Of a DNA stretch of 64,000 bases, positions 46,744-56,960 are shown one piece after another. The notes beneath the pieces are model-generated. The model was not told the DNA's origin, did not search any database, and saw only the letters and a list, made by a program, of their open reading frames with translations. Position 1 is the stretch's first letter, and every line of letters starts with the position of its first letter. The DNA is from an uncultured bacterium (lineage in GTDB: Bacteria > Patescibacteriota > Patescibacteriia > UBA1558 > GWA2-36-10). The DNA lies in NCBI GenBank assembly GCA_903855135.1, contig CAINYB010000006.1, forward strand, positions 29,631 to 93,630, written 5' to 3'. Position numbers and translations under genes: made by a program.

Positions 46744-48234
46744 CTAATAAGCCTTAGCAAATAAAACTCTTTGCTCTGATGCTTTACCACTATAAACACA
46801 TTTGCCATTCTCTTTTTTTTGATCAAAAGGTAAACATCTAATAGTTGCTCCCGTTTCTTTCTTAATCTTTGCTTCAACACTAGCCTCTCCTGACCAATGA
46901 GCTAAAACAAATTTTTCACTCTCTATAGCTTTCTTAAAATCTTCCCAATTATTTACAATTTTAGTATTTTTTATCCTGTTTTGTTCGGATTTTTTTGATA
47001 GCTCATTTTGCATGTCTTCTAGTGTATCCTTAATGACTTTAGCTAAATTGTCAATATTGACTAAAATTTTATCTTTTGTATCTCTACGAGCCAAAACAAC
47101 AGAACCTTTTTCTAGCTCTTTTGCGCCAAGCTCCAATCTAATAGGCACGCCTTTTTTCTCCCAAATATTAAATTTCATGCCCATTGATAAATTATCCCTA
47201 TCATCAACCTCTAAATGATCTTTTAATTTTAAAATATCCTTGATTTTTTTCACCATTTTTAAAACATTCTGATCAGTATCTGAACCATTTAAAATTGGGA
47301 TCAGCACGACTTTAATAGGAGCAATATTTGGTGGTAAAACTAAGCCACTATCATCACTGTGCGTCATGATCAAACCACCGATAATACGTGTACTCATACC
47401 CCAGCTAGTTTGCCAAACATATTGTTTTTTGTTTTCTTTATCTAAAAACTGAATATCAAAAGCTTTAGCAAAATTTTGGCCAAGATTATGAGAAGTAGCT
47501 GACTGTAAAGCCTTACCATCTTGCATCATAGCTTCGATAGTATAAGTATGCTTGGCTCCAGCAAATTTTTCACTTTCTGATTTTTTACCAGCCACTACAC
47601 TCATAGCTAGATAATCACGCACAAAATCATTATAAACACCTAGCATTTTTTCTGCTTCTTGCTCTGCTTCTATTTCAGTAGCGTGTGCAGTATGTCCTTC
47701 TTGCCATAAAAATTCCGAAGTTCTTAAAAAAGGACGAGTACGCATTTCCCAACGTAAAACATTTGCCCATTGGTTAATCAAAACCGGTAAATCACGCCAG
47801 GAATTAATCCATTGAGAAAAACTGTGATTAATGATAGTTTCTGAAGTTGGACGAATAATCAGTTCTTCTTCTAGTTTAGCTTCTGGATCAACTACTATTT
47901 CTCCTTTATTATTATTTTTTAAACGATAATGCGTAACAACCGCGCACTCTTTAGCAAAACCATCGACATGAGAAGCTTCTTTATTAAAAAAAGATTTAGG
48001 AATCAATAAAGGAAAATAAGCATTTTTATGGCCAGTCTCCTTAATTTTTGCATTCAAAATACTTTGAATATTTTCCCAAATAGCATAGCCATAAGGCTTG
48101 ATAACCATCGTGCCCTTCACTGGGCCATATTCAGCTAAATCAGCAGCTTCAATAACATCTAAATACCACTGGGAATAATCATCTTTCCTGGTGCTAATTT
48201 TATTATTTTTTACACTCATAAATTTATAAAACAA
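46744..48234 (-). CDS. proS: Prolyl-tRNA synthetase, archaeal/eukaryote-like short form
   Basis: SQWYLDVIEAADLAEYGPVKGTMVIKPYGYAIWE; class II motifs; C-terminal zinc-binding region (CLPFDQKKENGKCVYSG); 496 aa without the bacterial insertion domain. Confidence 0.85.
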   Translation of the reverse strand: MFYKFMSVKNNKISTRKDDYSQWYLDVIEAADLAEYGPVKGTMVIKPYGYAIWENIQSILNAKIKETGHKNAYFPLLIPKSFFNKEASHVDGFAKECAVVTHYRLKNNNKGEIVVDPEAKLEEELIIRPTSETIINHSFSQWINSWRDLPVLINQWANVLRWEMRTRPFLRTSEFLWQEGHTAHATEIEAEQEAEKMLGVYNDFVRDYLAMSVVAGKKSESEKFAGAKHTYTIEAMMQDGKALQSATSHNLGQNFAKAFDIQFLDKENKKQYVWQTSWGMSTRIIGGLIMTHSDDSGLVLPPNIAPIKVVLIPILNGSDTDQNVLKMVKKIKDILKLKDHLEVDDRDNLSMGMKFNIWEKKGVPIRLELGAKELEKGSVVLARRDTKDKILVNIDNLAKVIKDTLEDMQNELSKKSEQNRIKNTKIVNNWEDFKKAIESEKFVLAHWSGEASVEAKIKKETGATIRCLPFDQKKENGKCVYSGKASEQRVLFAKAY

Positions 48235-48247
48235 TATCTACTTAGCT

Positions 48248-48267
48248 TTCCCCGCGTCCGCGGGGAA
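48248..48267 (-). terminator. GC hairpin ttccccgcg-tc-cgcggggaa
   Basis: Perfect 9-bp stem after the proS stop. Confidence 0.55.
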
Positions 48268-48289
48268 TAACTCTAGAATACGTTTTTTA

Positions 48290-48574
48290 TTATTTATTTA
48301 AAATATTTTTTATGCGCTCGACTTCTTGCTCTAAAACCTCACCATCATAATCTCCACTATGAGCAGTAGTGCCCGCGTAGCAAGCATTTTTTTGATCAAG
48401 GTGCAGATTGAGTTCTAAACCATCACTCAAAGTTTTAAAATAAATATGGAATCTGGGAAAATTATTTCTCCCTAAACGACGAATAAAAGCTTCTGGTTTA
48501 TGATCCGGGTGATAGCCCAAACTTCTAAAAAACTGAAGTGGATTAACGGCTTTTTGTTTTAAAATAAATTTCAT
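48290..48574 (-). CDS. Hypothetical small protein (94 aa)
   Basis: ORF only. Confidence 0.3.
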   Translation of the reverse strand: MKFILKQKAVNPLQFFRSLGYHPDHKPEAFIRRLGRNNFPRFHIYFKTLSDGLELNLHLDQKNACYAGTTAHSGDYDGEVLEQEVERIKNILNK

Positions 48575-48578
48575 CTTT

Positions 48579-49682
48579 TTAAAAAATATTTTTTACACCT
48601 TGCCACATTTGCGCACCATATTTCACAAAATCATGCCAAGTGATAACTAAAATCAAAAGCATCAATAAAACAAAAAAACTGTTATGCAGAATAGCTTCAA
48701 ATTTTTCCCCCATTTTTTTACCACGGACTTTTTCTAAAAGTACAAAAAATAAACGTCCGCCATCTAAAGCTGGAATCGGCAAAATATTTAAAACTGCTAA
48801 ATTCAAAGACAAAATAGCCGCAAAATTCAAAATATAGACAAAACCAAGTTTAGCAACTTGGCCACTCATCACAGCCACACCAATTGGTCCAGATAAGTCT
48901 GGTGACAAATGTCCAGTGCTAAATAAATCTTTTAGTAAATTACCAAAGGCTGCCAAAATAAGCCAAGTCATTAAAGATGCGCTCTTTAGACCTTGCCATA
49001 AGGCTGTCCAAAAACCATAATGCACAATGCCAGTATCTAGCATAGCAATACCTAAAATTGGTTCTTGATTTTCAGCAAAAATCTCTGGCTTGGTTTTAAT
49101 ATCTAAGGTATCTTTACCACGCAAAACATTTAAATTAAACTCCTGTTGGTTATGCTCCTGGATATAAGTATAAAGAAATTCTGAATCAGCAATACTTTGC
49201 CCATCGATACTGATAATTTTATCACCTAATTTTAAGCCCGCCTTATCTGCTGGACTACTGACCAATACTTCAGCCACCACAACATTGCGTTCAGTGATAT
49301 TATCTGTCGGTGTATTTTTATCGATCGCTTGTGGTAAGCCCACAAAAAAACCAATACTTAAAAAAACAAAGCCTAAAATAAAATTCATGATCACACCGGC
49401 TGATAAAATCAAAGATTTTTTCCAAGCTTTTTGATTGACAAAACTTTTCGGATCTTCTACTTCATCACCATTTTCACCTTTGATTTTGACAAAACCTCCT
49501 AAAGGCAAAAGATTAATAGAATAAACAATGCCCTTACGCTTAAAACTAAAAATCTTTGGTGGAAAACCAATACCAAATTCTTCTACACCAACACCGAGTT
49601 TAATAGCTGTGACAAAATGGCCTAGCTCATGAGCTAGCACCAAAACGCCTAAGATTAAAACAAAAGAAATTATACTCAACAT
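48579..49682 (-). CDS. rseP: RIP metalloprotease RseP (site-2 protease) with PDZ domain
   Basis: HELGHF zinc motif, PDZ segment, LDGG motif (LNILPIPALDGGRL). Confidence 0.8.
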   Translation of the reverse strand: MLSIISFVLILGVLVLAHELGHFVTAIKLGVGVEEFGIGFPPKIFSFKRKGIVYSINLLPLGGFVKIKGENGDEVEDPKSFVNQKAWKKSLILSAGVIMNFILGFVFLSIGFFVGLPQAIDKNTPTDNITERNVVVAEVLVSSPADKAGLKLGDKIISIDGQSIADSEFLYTYIQEHNQQEFNLNVLRGKDTLDIKTKPEIFAENQEPILGIAMLDTGIVHYGFWTALWQGLKSASLMTWLILAAFGNLLKDLFSTGHLSPDLSGPIGVAVMSGQVAKLGFVYILNFAAILSLNLAVLNILPIPALDGGRLFFVLLEKVRGKKMGEKFEAILHNSFFVLLMLLILVITWHDFVKYGAQMWQGVKNIF

Positions 49683-49684
49683 AT

Positions 49685-50239
49685 TTATATTTTCATTATT
49701 TCCGCCTCTTTTTGATCAGCGATCTCTTTGACTTTATCACCATATTGTTTAGTTAATTCATCCAGCTCTTTTAAGGCTTGAAATCTTTCATCTTCAGCAA
49801 TTTCTTTGTTGCGCTCTGCTGCAAGTATCGTATCTTTGATTTTTTCTCGCTGGCCGCGCAAAGCTACTTTTGCTTCTTCAGCTTTTTTGCCTAAAATTTT
49901 CACTAAATTTTTACGACTTTCTTCAGTGAGTGGAGGAAAATTCAAACGCACAAATTCACTATCCACTACCGGATTGATATTTAAATCAGCTGCACGAATA
50001 GCACGCTCAATATCTTTTAAAATACCTTTATCCCATGGCTTGATCACTATGGTATGTGGATCAGAGGAAGAAATAGAAGCCAAAGTAAGAAGCTCTGACA
50101 CTGTACCATAAGACTCGACTTTGACATTTTCCACAATGCTTGGCGAAACACGACCAGTTCGCAAAGAAGAAATATCATTTTTAAAAAACTCAATAGTTTT
50201 TTCAAAATGATGACGATTTGTATCTAATAAATGATGCAT
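49685..50239 (-). CDS. frr: Ribosome recycling factor
   Basis: 184 aa; characteristic RRF three-helix bundle sequence (VRLNFPPLTEESRKNLVK, ISSSDPHTIVIKPWD). Confidence 0.9.
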   Translation of the reverse strand: MHHLLDTNRHHFEKTIEFFKNDISSLRTGRVSPSIVENVKVESYGTVSELLTLASISSSDPHTIVIKPWDKGILKDIERAIRAADLNINPVVDSEFVRLNFPPLTEESRKNLVKILGKKAEEAKVALRGQREKIKDTILAAERNKEIAEDERFQALKELDELTKQYGDKVKEIADQKEAEIMKI

Positions 50240-50258
50240 ATAGTTATTTTATTAACTT

Positions 50259-50279
50259 TTCCCCGCCTACAGCGGAGAA
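50259..50279 (-). terminator. Hairpin that pairs fully only in the minus-strand RNA (ucuccgc-ugu-aggcgggga with G.U)
   Basis: Plus-strand version has C.A mismatches and the minus-strand version has G.U wobbles, implying RNA-level function on minus transcripts; a second hairpin at 50319-50345 is a copy of 783-804. Confidence 0.5.
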
Positions 50280-50365
50280 TATTTAATTATCTTGTTACTA
50301 AGTCCACTTTTGACCTCTGGTCCCCGCGTACGCGGGGAAGGCGGGGGCAATATCAACTTAAAGCT

Positions 50366-51532
50366 TTATTGCTCTATAACGTAAGTGCCTAAATATAAAT
50401 ATTTACTATTTGGTGAAAACTCTAGCTCTTTGGCAATTTTAGTAGTGGGCAAAGCTTTATTTTGCCAATTCGCTCCTCCATCTTTAGTAAAGTAAAAAGC
50501 ATTATTGGTACCATAGTAAATCTCTTGACCATTCAAAGGATTAACAGTCACTGAATAAATAGAGGCCTTATTTTTGCTAGTCAAAAGCTTATATTGCTCC
50601 CAATGGTCGCCAGTAAACCTAAAAATACCAATTTTATTCGCATAAAGCAAGTTGTCTTTGGTGGTCAAATCTACTGTCACATCAGACAAAATTTTCACGC
50701 CACTAACTTTTGACATCAATTTTTTATCATCAGTAATTACCGCCCTGGTAAAAGTTTTATCATTTTCCGTCACATTTTCTAATTGATAAAGTGGCAAAGG
50801 CATAACATCTTCCCAATTTGCTCCAGCATCCATGCTACGCCAGACACCCTGGCTTTCTAAAGCGACATACATGATATTACTATCACTGTGATTCATGATT
50901 AAAATTTCACTAATTTTACTATCAAAACGATGATAAACAGACCAAGACAATCCTTTGTCAACACTACGCAATAAAGCACCTTCTTTAGTGCCGGCAAAAA
51001 TAATCTCTGGATTTTGATAATTGATAGCCAAACTAGAAATATATTGGCCAGCTCGTGGCTCAAAATATAAATCAGTCCAAGTACGAGCGCAATCTTCACT
51101 CTTTAAAATTTTATTATGAATCGCGGCATAAAGCTGACATTTATCTTTCGGATGAACAAATAAATCATTGACTGTGCCGCTATATGGCAAAGTATTTTCC
51201 CAGGAAGCGCCATAATTATAAGTATAATAAATACCACTGTCAGTCGTGCCGAGATAAATCGCTTTTTCATCTTGCGGATCTAGGGCGATCTTAGTGATGT
51301 TATTGGTAAAAGTTTTGGTAGCGGCTTCAACGTTAGCGATTTTATTTTTAGCTCCCCAAGTCTGACCAAAGTCAGTGCTGATAAAAAAGGCACTAGCTGA
51401 AGTAGCGTTGCTAGTATTACTACTCTTGACACTGATACAAGCCGATAAAAATAAAGGCAAGCATAACAAGCTTAAATAAAAAATTAAATATTTTCCGTTA
51501 GGTCTTGAGCTCGCCGAAAGATGTTTTGTCAT
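50366..51532 (-). CDS. BNR/Asp-box repeat beta-propeller lipoprotein (sialidase/Ycf48-like fold)
   Basis: Lipobox LFLSAC; six SxDxGxTW-type repeats (STDFGQTW, YNYGASWEN, SEDCARTW, SVDKGLSW, SMDAGANW, TKDGGANW). Start taken at MTKHL, a 4-nt overlap with holB. Confidence 0.6.
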   Translation of the reverse strand: MTKHLSASSRPNGKYLIFYLSLLCLPLFLSACISVKSSNTSNATSASAFFISTDFGQTWGAKNKIANVEAATKTFTNNITKIALDPQDEKAIYLGTTDSGIYYTYNYGASWENTLPYSGTVNDLFVHPKDKCQLYAAIHNKILKSEDCARTWTDLYFEPRAGQYISSLAINYQNPEIIFAGTKEGALLRSVDKGLSWSVYHRFDSKISEILIMNHSDSNIMYVALESQGVWRSMDAGANWEDVMPLPLYQLENVTENDKTFTRAVITDDKKLMSKVSGVKILSDVTVDLTTKDNLLYANKIGIFRFTGDHWEQYKLLTSKNKASIYSVTVNPLNGQEIYYGTNNAFYFTKDGGANWQNKALPTTKIAKELEFSPNSKYLYLGTYVIEQ

Positions 51533-52548
51533 ATTTTTAAATCTAAAAGTAAATTTTCCCAAACTAATTGTGGCGTCACATTATTTTTTAATTGACGACG
51601 AATTTTATTGATGCTTAATAAATTATTTAAAATTTTTGTCACACTATATTTTTGGCTAATTTTCGCAATATTTTCTGAAAATAAAACATTTAATGCCGGC
51701 CGATTTAATTTGTGCCACAAAATATCTCTGAGTAATAATTGCCACAAGTCTAAATAATGCGTAGTGATGTGAGCTAATTCATAAACTTTAGCTTGAGGAT
51801 TTTCTTTTTTTAAAATCCCAAACCAATGTTCTAAATCTTGCCAAGCTACAAAAGTATTATCATTTAAAATCTTTAATAAAAACTGACAATCTTTTTTAAA
51901 ATTTACTAAATTATCTTCGATATATTCTAGTGCTAAACCAGGCTTTCCAAAAGATAAATTCAAAATTGTTTGCTGATCAACTTCAGCTAAGCTAAAAGTC
52001 TCCAGCCAGGCAGACATATCTTTTTTATTCAAAGGCTGAAATTTTAAGAGCTGACAACGGGAAATCACAGTCGCTGGTAGATTATTGATTTGATCAGCGA
52101 TCAAAATAATGGTCGTGTTTTTTGGTGGTTCTTCAATGACTTTGAGTAAAGCATTTAAAGAAAAAATGTTTAGCTTATCAACAGCGTAAATAATCGCTAA
52201 TTTGTAACCACCATCAAAGCTAGTCAAAGATAAATTACTCAAAAAATTTCTCACTTGCTCAACTTGGGTGTCTTCAGTATCATCTTTGGTTTTTAAAGCT
52301 GACAAATAAAGAAAATTTTGCTGCAAACCCTTGTTCATCTTGAGACAAGCTAGACAGTTTTGGCAAGGCTTTAAATCATCAGTACAAAATAGACTTTGCA
52401 CAAAATATTTGGCAATCATTTTTTTACCTAAGCCTTTGGCACCATAAAACAAATAAGCATTAGCTAAATTACCTTGTTTTAAGGTATTTTGTAAAAAACT
52501 TATTTGCTTATTATGGCCAAAAATAGGCCAGGAAAAATTGACTGACAT
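51529..52548 (-). CDS. holB: DNA polymerase III delta-prime subunit
   Basis: AAA+ clamp-loader N-terminus NAYLFYGAKGLGKK with CQNCLAC zinc module; 339 aa. Confidence 0.7.
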   Translation of the reverse strand: MSVNFSWPIFGHNKQISFLQNTLKQGNLANAYLFYGAKGLGKKMIAKYFVQSLFCTDDLKPCQNCLACLKMNKGLQQNFLYLSALKTKDDTEDTQVEQVRNFLSNLSLTSFDGGYKLAIIYAVDKLNIFSLNALLKVIEEPPKNTTIILIADQINNLPATVISRCQLLKFQPLNKKDMSAWLETFSLAEVDQQTILNLSFGKPGLALEYIEDNLVNFKKDCQFLLKILNDNTFVAWQDLEHWFGILKKENPQAKVYELAHITTHYLDLWQLLLRDILWHKLNRPALNVLFSENIAKISQKYSVTKILNNLLSINKIRRQLKNNVTPQLVWENLLLDLKI

Positions 52549-52590
52549 TGACTAAAATATAACATTTTCAGAACTAAAAATCAACCAGCT

Positions 52591-52989
52591 CTAACGGCTA
52601 TCTAAAGCTAAATTTACTAGTCTATCTGCTTCTTTGTTAAACTCACGTCGGACATGATTAAAGCTAATACTTTCAAACTCTTGGGCTAAATTCCAGACTT
52701 TGACAAATAGTTTAGCTAAATCAGCATCTTTGACGCGATATTCTTTTTTTAGTTGTTTGACTACTAGCTCGCTATCTAAAAAACATTGCACATTAGTTAT
52801 TTTATGTTTTTTGGCTAATTCTAAACCAGTCAATAAAGCATTGTATTCTGCCTGATTATTTGTGCCTTGACCTAAATATTTAGAAAAATTAGCAATTTCT
52901 TTATCATTTTCATACAAAACTCCGCCAATCGCTGCTGGACCAGGATTGCCACGCGATCCTCCATCGGTAAATAATTTAAATTGTGTCAT
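52591..52989 (-). CDS. rnhA: Ribonuclease HI
   Basis: FTDGGSRGNPGPAAIGGVL and NNQAEYNALLTGLELA catalytic DEDD-context motifs; 132 aa. Confidence 0.8.
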   Translation of the reverse strand: MTQFKLFTDGGSRGNPGPAAIGGVLYENDKEIANFSKYLGQGTNNQAEYNALLTGLELAKKHKITNVQCFLDSELVVKQLKKEYRVKDADLAKLFVKVWNLAQEFESISFNHVRREFNKEADRLVNLALDSR

Positions 52990-54683
52990 GATGATATTTT
53001 TAAATCTCTAATAATTAATTGAATTTGGCGCGTGCCATTCCATTGATTGATATTTAAATTATAAACAATATCTATTCTTTGGCCAAGACCAATTTCTATT
53101 TTACCCAAAGAAAAAGCAATCGCGCCTAATTTTTTATTTTGTTTGACTAACTCTAATTTCCAATGATTTTGATCTTTACCAACTTTTTTAGCTCCAGTTA
53201 CTAATACGCCATAATCAACAAATAATGGCTCTGAATTTGCTTGTCCATATGGCTGAAATTTATCCAAAGTATCGACTAAATCCCAATTTATCGCCAGCAA
53301 ATCTAGCTCTAATTCAACTTTCAATACTGGCTCTAGCTCTTCATCTTTGATATGTGCATTAGCCAAAGTCTGCATATTGGCCTGGAAGCTGGCTAAGTTT
53401 TCTTTTTTTAAAGAAAAGCCACAAGCTTGCGGATGTCCACCAAAACGTAACAATAAATCAGCATTTTTCTGCAAAGCTTCAGTGATATGAAAGCCTTCAA
53501 TACTGCGTCCAGAGCCGACAACAGTATCTTCATCAATGTTAGTCAACAAAATAGCTGGTCGATTAAATTCTTTGACTAATTTTGAAGCTACCAAGCCGGT
53601 CAAACCAGCTGGCCAATCTGTTTTATAAAAAAATAATAATTTATCTTTTAAATCTGGCGCTTGATTTTTTGCTTCTTTAAAAACATTTTCGGTAATTTTT
53701 TGTCTTTGGGTATTAGCTTGATTTAATTCTTCAGCCCAAGCTAAAGCTTTTACTTCATCTTGAGTGTTTAATAAATGATAAGCTAAATTAGCATGATCCA
53801 TGCGACCAGCCGCATTGATGCGTGGCGCAAAAGCAAAGCTAATCATGGTTGTGTCTAGCTTACTGATATCTATCGCCGAGGCGAAAATCATTTTTTGTAA
53901 ACCCAAACGTTGAGTTTTTTTCAAGACAATCAAACCATATTTCACTAAAGTTCTGTTTTCGCCTGTCAAAGGCACCATATCAGCCACGGTAGCGATGGCA
54001 ACTAAATCTAGCAACCATTTTTCTTGGCGTTCAGCTTCCGCTTTCTCTAGCTGACAATTTTTGTGTCTTAATAAAGCCTGAACTAGCTTAAAAGCTACTC
54101 CGCCACCACAAAGAAACTTAAAAGGATAAGTCTCACCTTCAACTTGAGGATGGATAATAGCCAAAGCTTTGGGTAAATTAGCGGGAATCGCATGATGATC
54201 AGTGATGATAACTTGTAGGCCCAAAGAGTTAGCTAACTCTATTTCTTCAGCATTGCTAATACCACAATCACAAGTGATCAATAATTTGGTATTTGTTTTG
54301 GCTAATTCTTCGACAGCTAATTTATTTAAACCATAGCCTTCTTTTTCGCGATGCGGCAGATAAACCTCTACTTTAGCACCTAGACGCTCCAAAACTGTAG
54401 TCAAAATCACAGCTGCTGGCACACCATCAGCATCATAATCACCAAAAACAGTAATCAAGTCTTGGTTTTTAATAGCTTGAAAAACAGCTTCACAAGCTTT
54501 ATTCATATCTTTAAATAAATACGGGTCATGAATGTCTTGTGAATAGTCTGGAGACAAAAACTGATCAATTTCTGCCTGAGTTTGCAAACCACGATTAAAT
54601 AACAAAGTCGCCATAATTGGTGACAATTCTGGAAACTTATTCAAAAACTCACTGTTTACTGGTGGGGATACTTGCCAACGCAT
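52986..54683 (-). CDS. recJ: Single-stranded-DNA-specific exonuclease RecJ
   Basis: DHH motifs (FGDYDADGV, ITDHH) and DHHA1 GGH region; 565 aa. Confidence 0.85.
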   Translation of the reverse strand: MRWQVSPPVNSEFLNKFPELSPIMATLLFNRGLQTQAEIDQFLSPDYSQDIHDPYLFKDMNKACEAVFQAIKNQDLITVFGDYDADGVPAAVILTTVLERLGAKVEVYLPHREKEGYGLNKLAVEELAKTNTKLLITCDCGISNAEEIELANSLGLQVIITDHHAIPANLPKALAIIHPQVEGETYPFKFLCGGGVAFKLVQALLRHKNCQLEKAEAERQEKWLLDLVAIATVADMVPLTGENRTLVKYGLIVLKKTQRLGLQKMIFASAIDISKLDTTMISFAFAPRINAAGRMDHANLAYHLLNTQDEVKALAWAEELNQANTQRQKITENVFKEAKNQAPDLKDKLLFFYKTDWPAGLTGLVASKLVKEFNRPAILLTNIDEDTVVGSGRSIEGFHITEALQKNADLLLRFGGHPQACGFSLKKENLASFQANMQTLANAHIKDEELEPVLKVELELDLLAINWDLVDTLDKFQPYGQANSEPLFVDYGVLVTGAKKVGKDQNHWKLELVKQNKKLGAIAFSLGKIEIGLGQRIDIVYNLNINQWNGTRQIQLIIRDLKISS

Positions 54684-54736
54684 AAAAAAATAAAAGCCTT
54701 AACGGCCTTTATTGTATCAATATTTTGTAAAATTGG

Positions 54737-55099
54737 CTACTTGACTTTTTTGACAGGAACTTTCAAAACTTTATGCACTTTTTTCTCAGCTTTTTGCACA
54801 GCTGGCTCAATGATTTTTTTCTTCACTTCTCTTATTTCTTCGCGAGCTAAATCTATCCGCTTTATTTTCAGCTCTAGATATAAAAACCATAAAGCAAATA
54901 AAATCAAAAATAAACCACAGACTACTAACCAAAAATAAATATTAGAAAAATTAAAAAAAGACATTGGTTCTGCTGGAGCTTGTAAATTTTGATATTCGGT
55001 TTTGATCATATTTAAACGCTGATTCAGCTCTTGAAACTTTTGTTCTGAATCATTCAAATTATTTAATATTTCGTTTTGTGCTAAAATAATCCCTCGCAT
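54737..55099 (-). CDS. Hypothetical coiled-coil membrane protein (120 aa)
   Basis: N-terminal coiled coil, single TM, basic C-tail. Confidence 0.3.
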   Translation of the reverse strand: MRGIILAQNEILNNLNDSEQKFQELNQRLNMIKTEYQNLQAPAEPMSFFNFSNIYFWLVVCGLFLILFALWFLYLELKIKRIDLAREEIREVKKKIIEPAVQKAEKKVHKVLKVPVKKVK

Positions 55100-55644
55100 A
55101 TATCACCATTTTTAAGGCCGGCAGCATTAGCCTCATCAGTATCTAAGTGCAAACGTGTCTGGCCGTCACTCACTCTTACTATAATACTCTTAAAAATTAA
55201 TTCTCTTTCACCTTTGACTGCTAGAGAAACTTTTTGATTATTTTTTAATTGCCATTTTTTAGCGTCTTGAACTGCTAAATGCAAATGTCTCTTGGCTACT
55301 ATGACTCCTGTTTTTAATTTTACTTTTCCTTTTGGTCCAACTAAAGTGAGGCCACTAGAATTTTTTATGTCGCCAGATAATTTTAAAACTGGTTTAATAT
55401 CTAAAAATTTACAATCCGTCATGGATAACTCTACTTGCGTATCCGGACGTGTCGGACCAATGACACGCACTGTCAAAGATTTACTTTTATTTACTAAAGT
55501 GACAGTTTCTTGAGCAGCATAGTGTCCTGTTTGTGATAAAGCTGATTTTTTACGCAAAGTATAATTTTTGCCAAACAAAATTTCTAAATCTTTTTGACAA
55601 AGATGTATGTGGCGAGCAGAAACTTCAGCAATAATTTTTTTCAT
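55081..55644 (-). CDS. pduL: PduL-type phosphate acyltransferase (phosphotransacetylase analogue)
   Basis: Two PduL repeat signatures: VSARHIHL near N-terminus and AKRHLHL in second half; 187 aa. Confidence 0.6.
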   Translation of the reverse strand: MKKIIAEVSARHIHLCQKDLEILFGKNYTLRKKSALSQTGHYAAQETVTLVNKSKSLTVRVIGPTRPDTQVELSMTDCKFLDIKPVLKLSGDIKNSSGLTLVGPKGKVKLKTGVIVAKRHLHLAVQDAKKWQLKNNQKVSLAVKGERELIFKSIIVRVSDGQTRLHLDTDEANAAGLKNGDICEGLF

Positions 55645-55724
55645 ACTTTTGTCATTCTGAATTCATTTCAGAATCTTTTATATTAAATCACCAGACCCTG
55701 AAAAAATTTCAGGGTGACATAAAA

Positions 55725-56717
55725 TTACAAATTATGTTTTTTCAAATCTGCGACTGTCAAAATACCAACTTGTGCACCAACTTTCATAATCACCGAATTA
55801 CTATTCCAAATACCTAAACGCAAAGCTTTTTCCACGTCGCCATTGTATCGAATCAAGCCGGTCACAAAAGCTGAACCAAAAGCATCGCCCGCCCCAGTAG
55901 TGTTTAAGCCTTTACGTTTTAAAGCTGGATGAAAATATACTTTTTTACCATCATAGACATAGGCACCTTTGGGTCCATCAGTAATAACGGTTAATTTTTG
56001 TCCAAATTTGTGCAGCTCTTTTAACAAAACATTAATATTATTTTTAAAGTCTTTACCCTTAATTTTGATGACCAGCTCTAAAGCTTCATCGCGGTTCACA
56101 TCAAAAACATAAGTATCTTGCATAAAACGATGTAAACGCGTCAAACCTAAGCGTAGCTGATCAGCGCCTGGGTTCCAAGCAATTTTTATCTTACGATGTC
56201 TGACTTGTTCAAAAATATTGGCTAATTTTGGGAAAAAATTGGCTGATAAACGAGTTAAATAAATCCAAGGAGTTTTTATCTTTCTGACTGTTGTTGGGCT
56301 CAAATCAATATCTTCATACGCTCCCCGACAAGAAAAAATCACATGCTCATTAAAAGAGCCAACGTTGACAATAAAAGAATTATCAGTAATTTTTTTAGAA
56401 TTTCTTTGAATTAAATGAGTGTCAACTTTTTTTTCTTTTAGATTATCTAAAACAGCTTGCCCGATAGCGTCAGTACCTAACGAAGAAATTAATTGTACTT
56501 TCAAACCTAAAGAAGCAAAGTTAACCGCCGCATTAGCACCACCACCACCGAAAGTAGTAGTGACATTTTGGCTAGAAATTTTAGCACCATATTCAAAACC
56601 AATTAATTTTTGTTGCAACAAATCTTTTTTATTATCCACCAAAATCATTTGATCAGTATAAAACATGGTGTCCGTCGTCGAACTACCAATTGTTGTGATA
56701 ATATTATTACCTAACAT
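55725..56717 (-). CDS. PfkB-family carbohydrate kinase (ribokinase-like)
   Basis: GGGGANAAV N-terminal motif and C-terminal TGAGDAFGSAF. Confidence 0.75.
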   Translation of the reverse strand: MLGNNIITTIGSSTTDTMFYTDQMILVDNKKDLLQQKLIGFEYGAKISSQNVTTTFGGGGANAAVNFASLGLKVQLISSLGTDAIGQAVLDNLKEKKVDTHLIQRNSKKITDNSFIVNVGSFNEHVIFSCRGAYEDIDLSPTTVRKIKTPWIYLTRLSANFFPKLANIFEQVRHRKIKIAWNPGADQLRLGLTRLHRFMQDTYVFDVNRDEALELVIKIKGKDFKNNINVLLKELHKFGQKLTVITDGPKGAYVYDGKKVYFHPALKRKGLNTTGAGDAFGSAFVTGLIRYNGDVEKALRLGIWNSNSVIMKVGAQVGILTVADLKKHNL

Positions 56718-56723
56718 AAAAAA

Positions 56724-56951
56724 TTATAAATAACGATGCCAGTCTTGAAATTTACTGACCATCACTTTTAATAAATATAAATAAATACCAGACATGCCAG
56801 CGATAAAAAATAAGCGCACACTAAAACTAATAGGAAAATCATTCAAACTTTCTAAGATTGAAATAAAAGTCATGATACTAATGACCATGATAATCAAAAA
56901 TAAAATCAGCAAAATAGTAAAAATAATTTCTATCGCTTGATTGATTTGCAT
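56724..56951 (-). CDS. Small membrane protein (75 aa)
   Basis: Two TM helices; ORF only. Confidence 0.25.
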   Translation of the reverse strand: MQINQAIEIIFTILLILFLIIMVISIMTFISILESLNDFPISFSVRLFFIAGMSGIYLYLLKVMVSKFQDWHRYL

Positions 56952-56960
56952 ACAAGAAAA

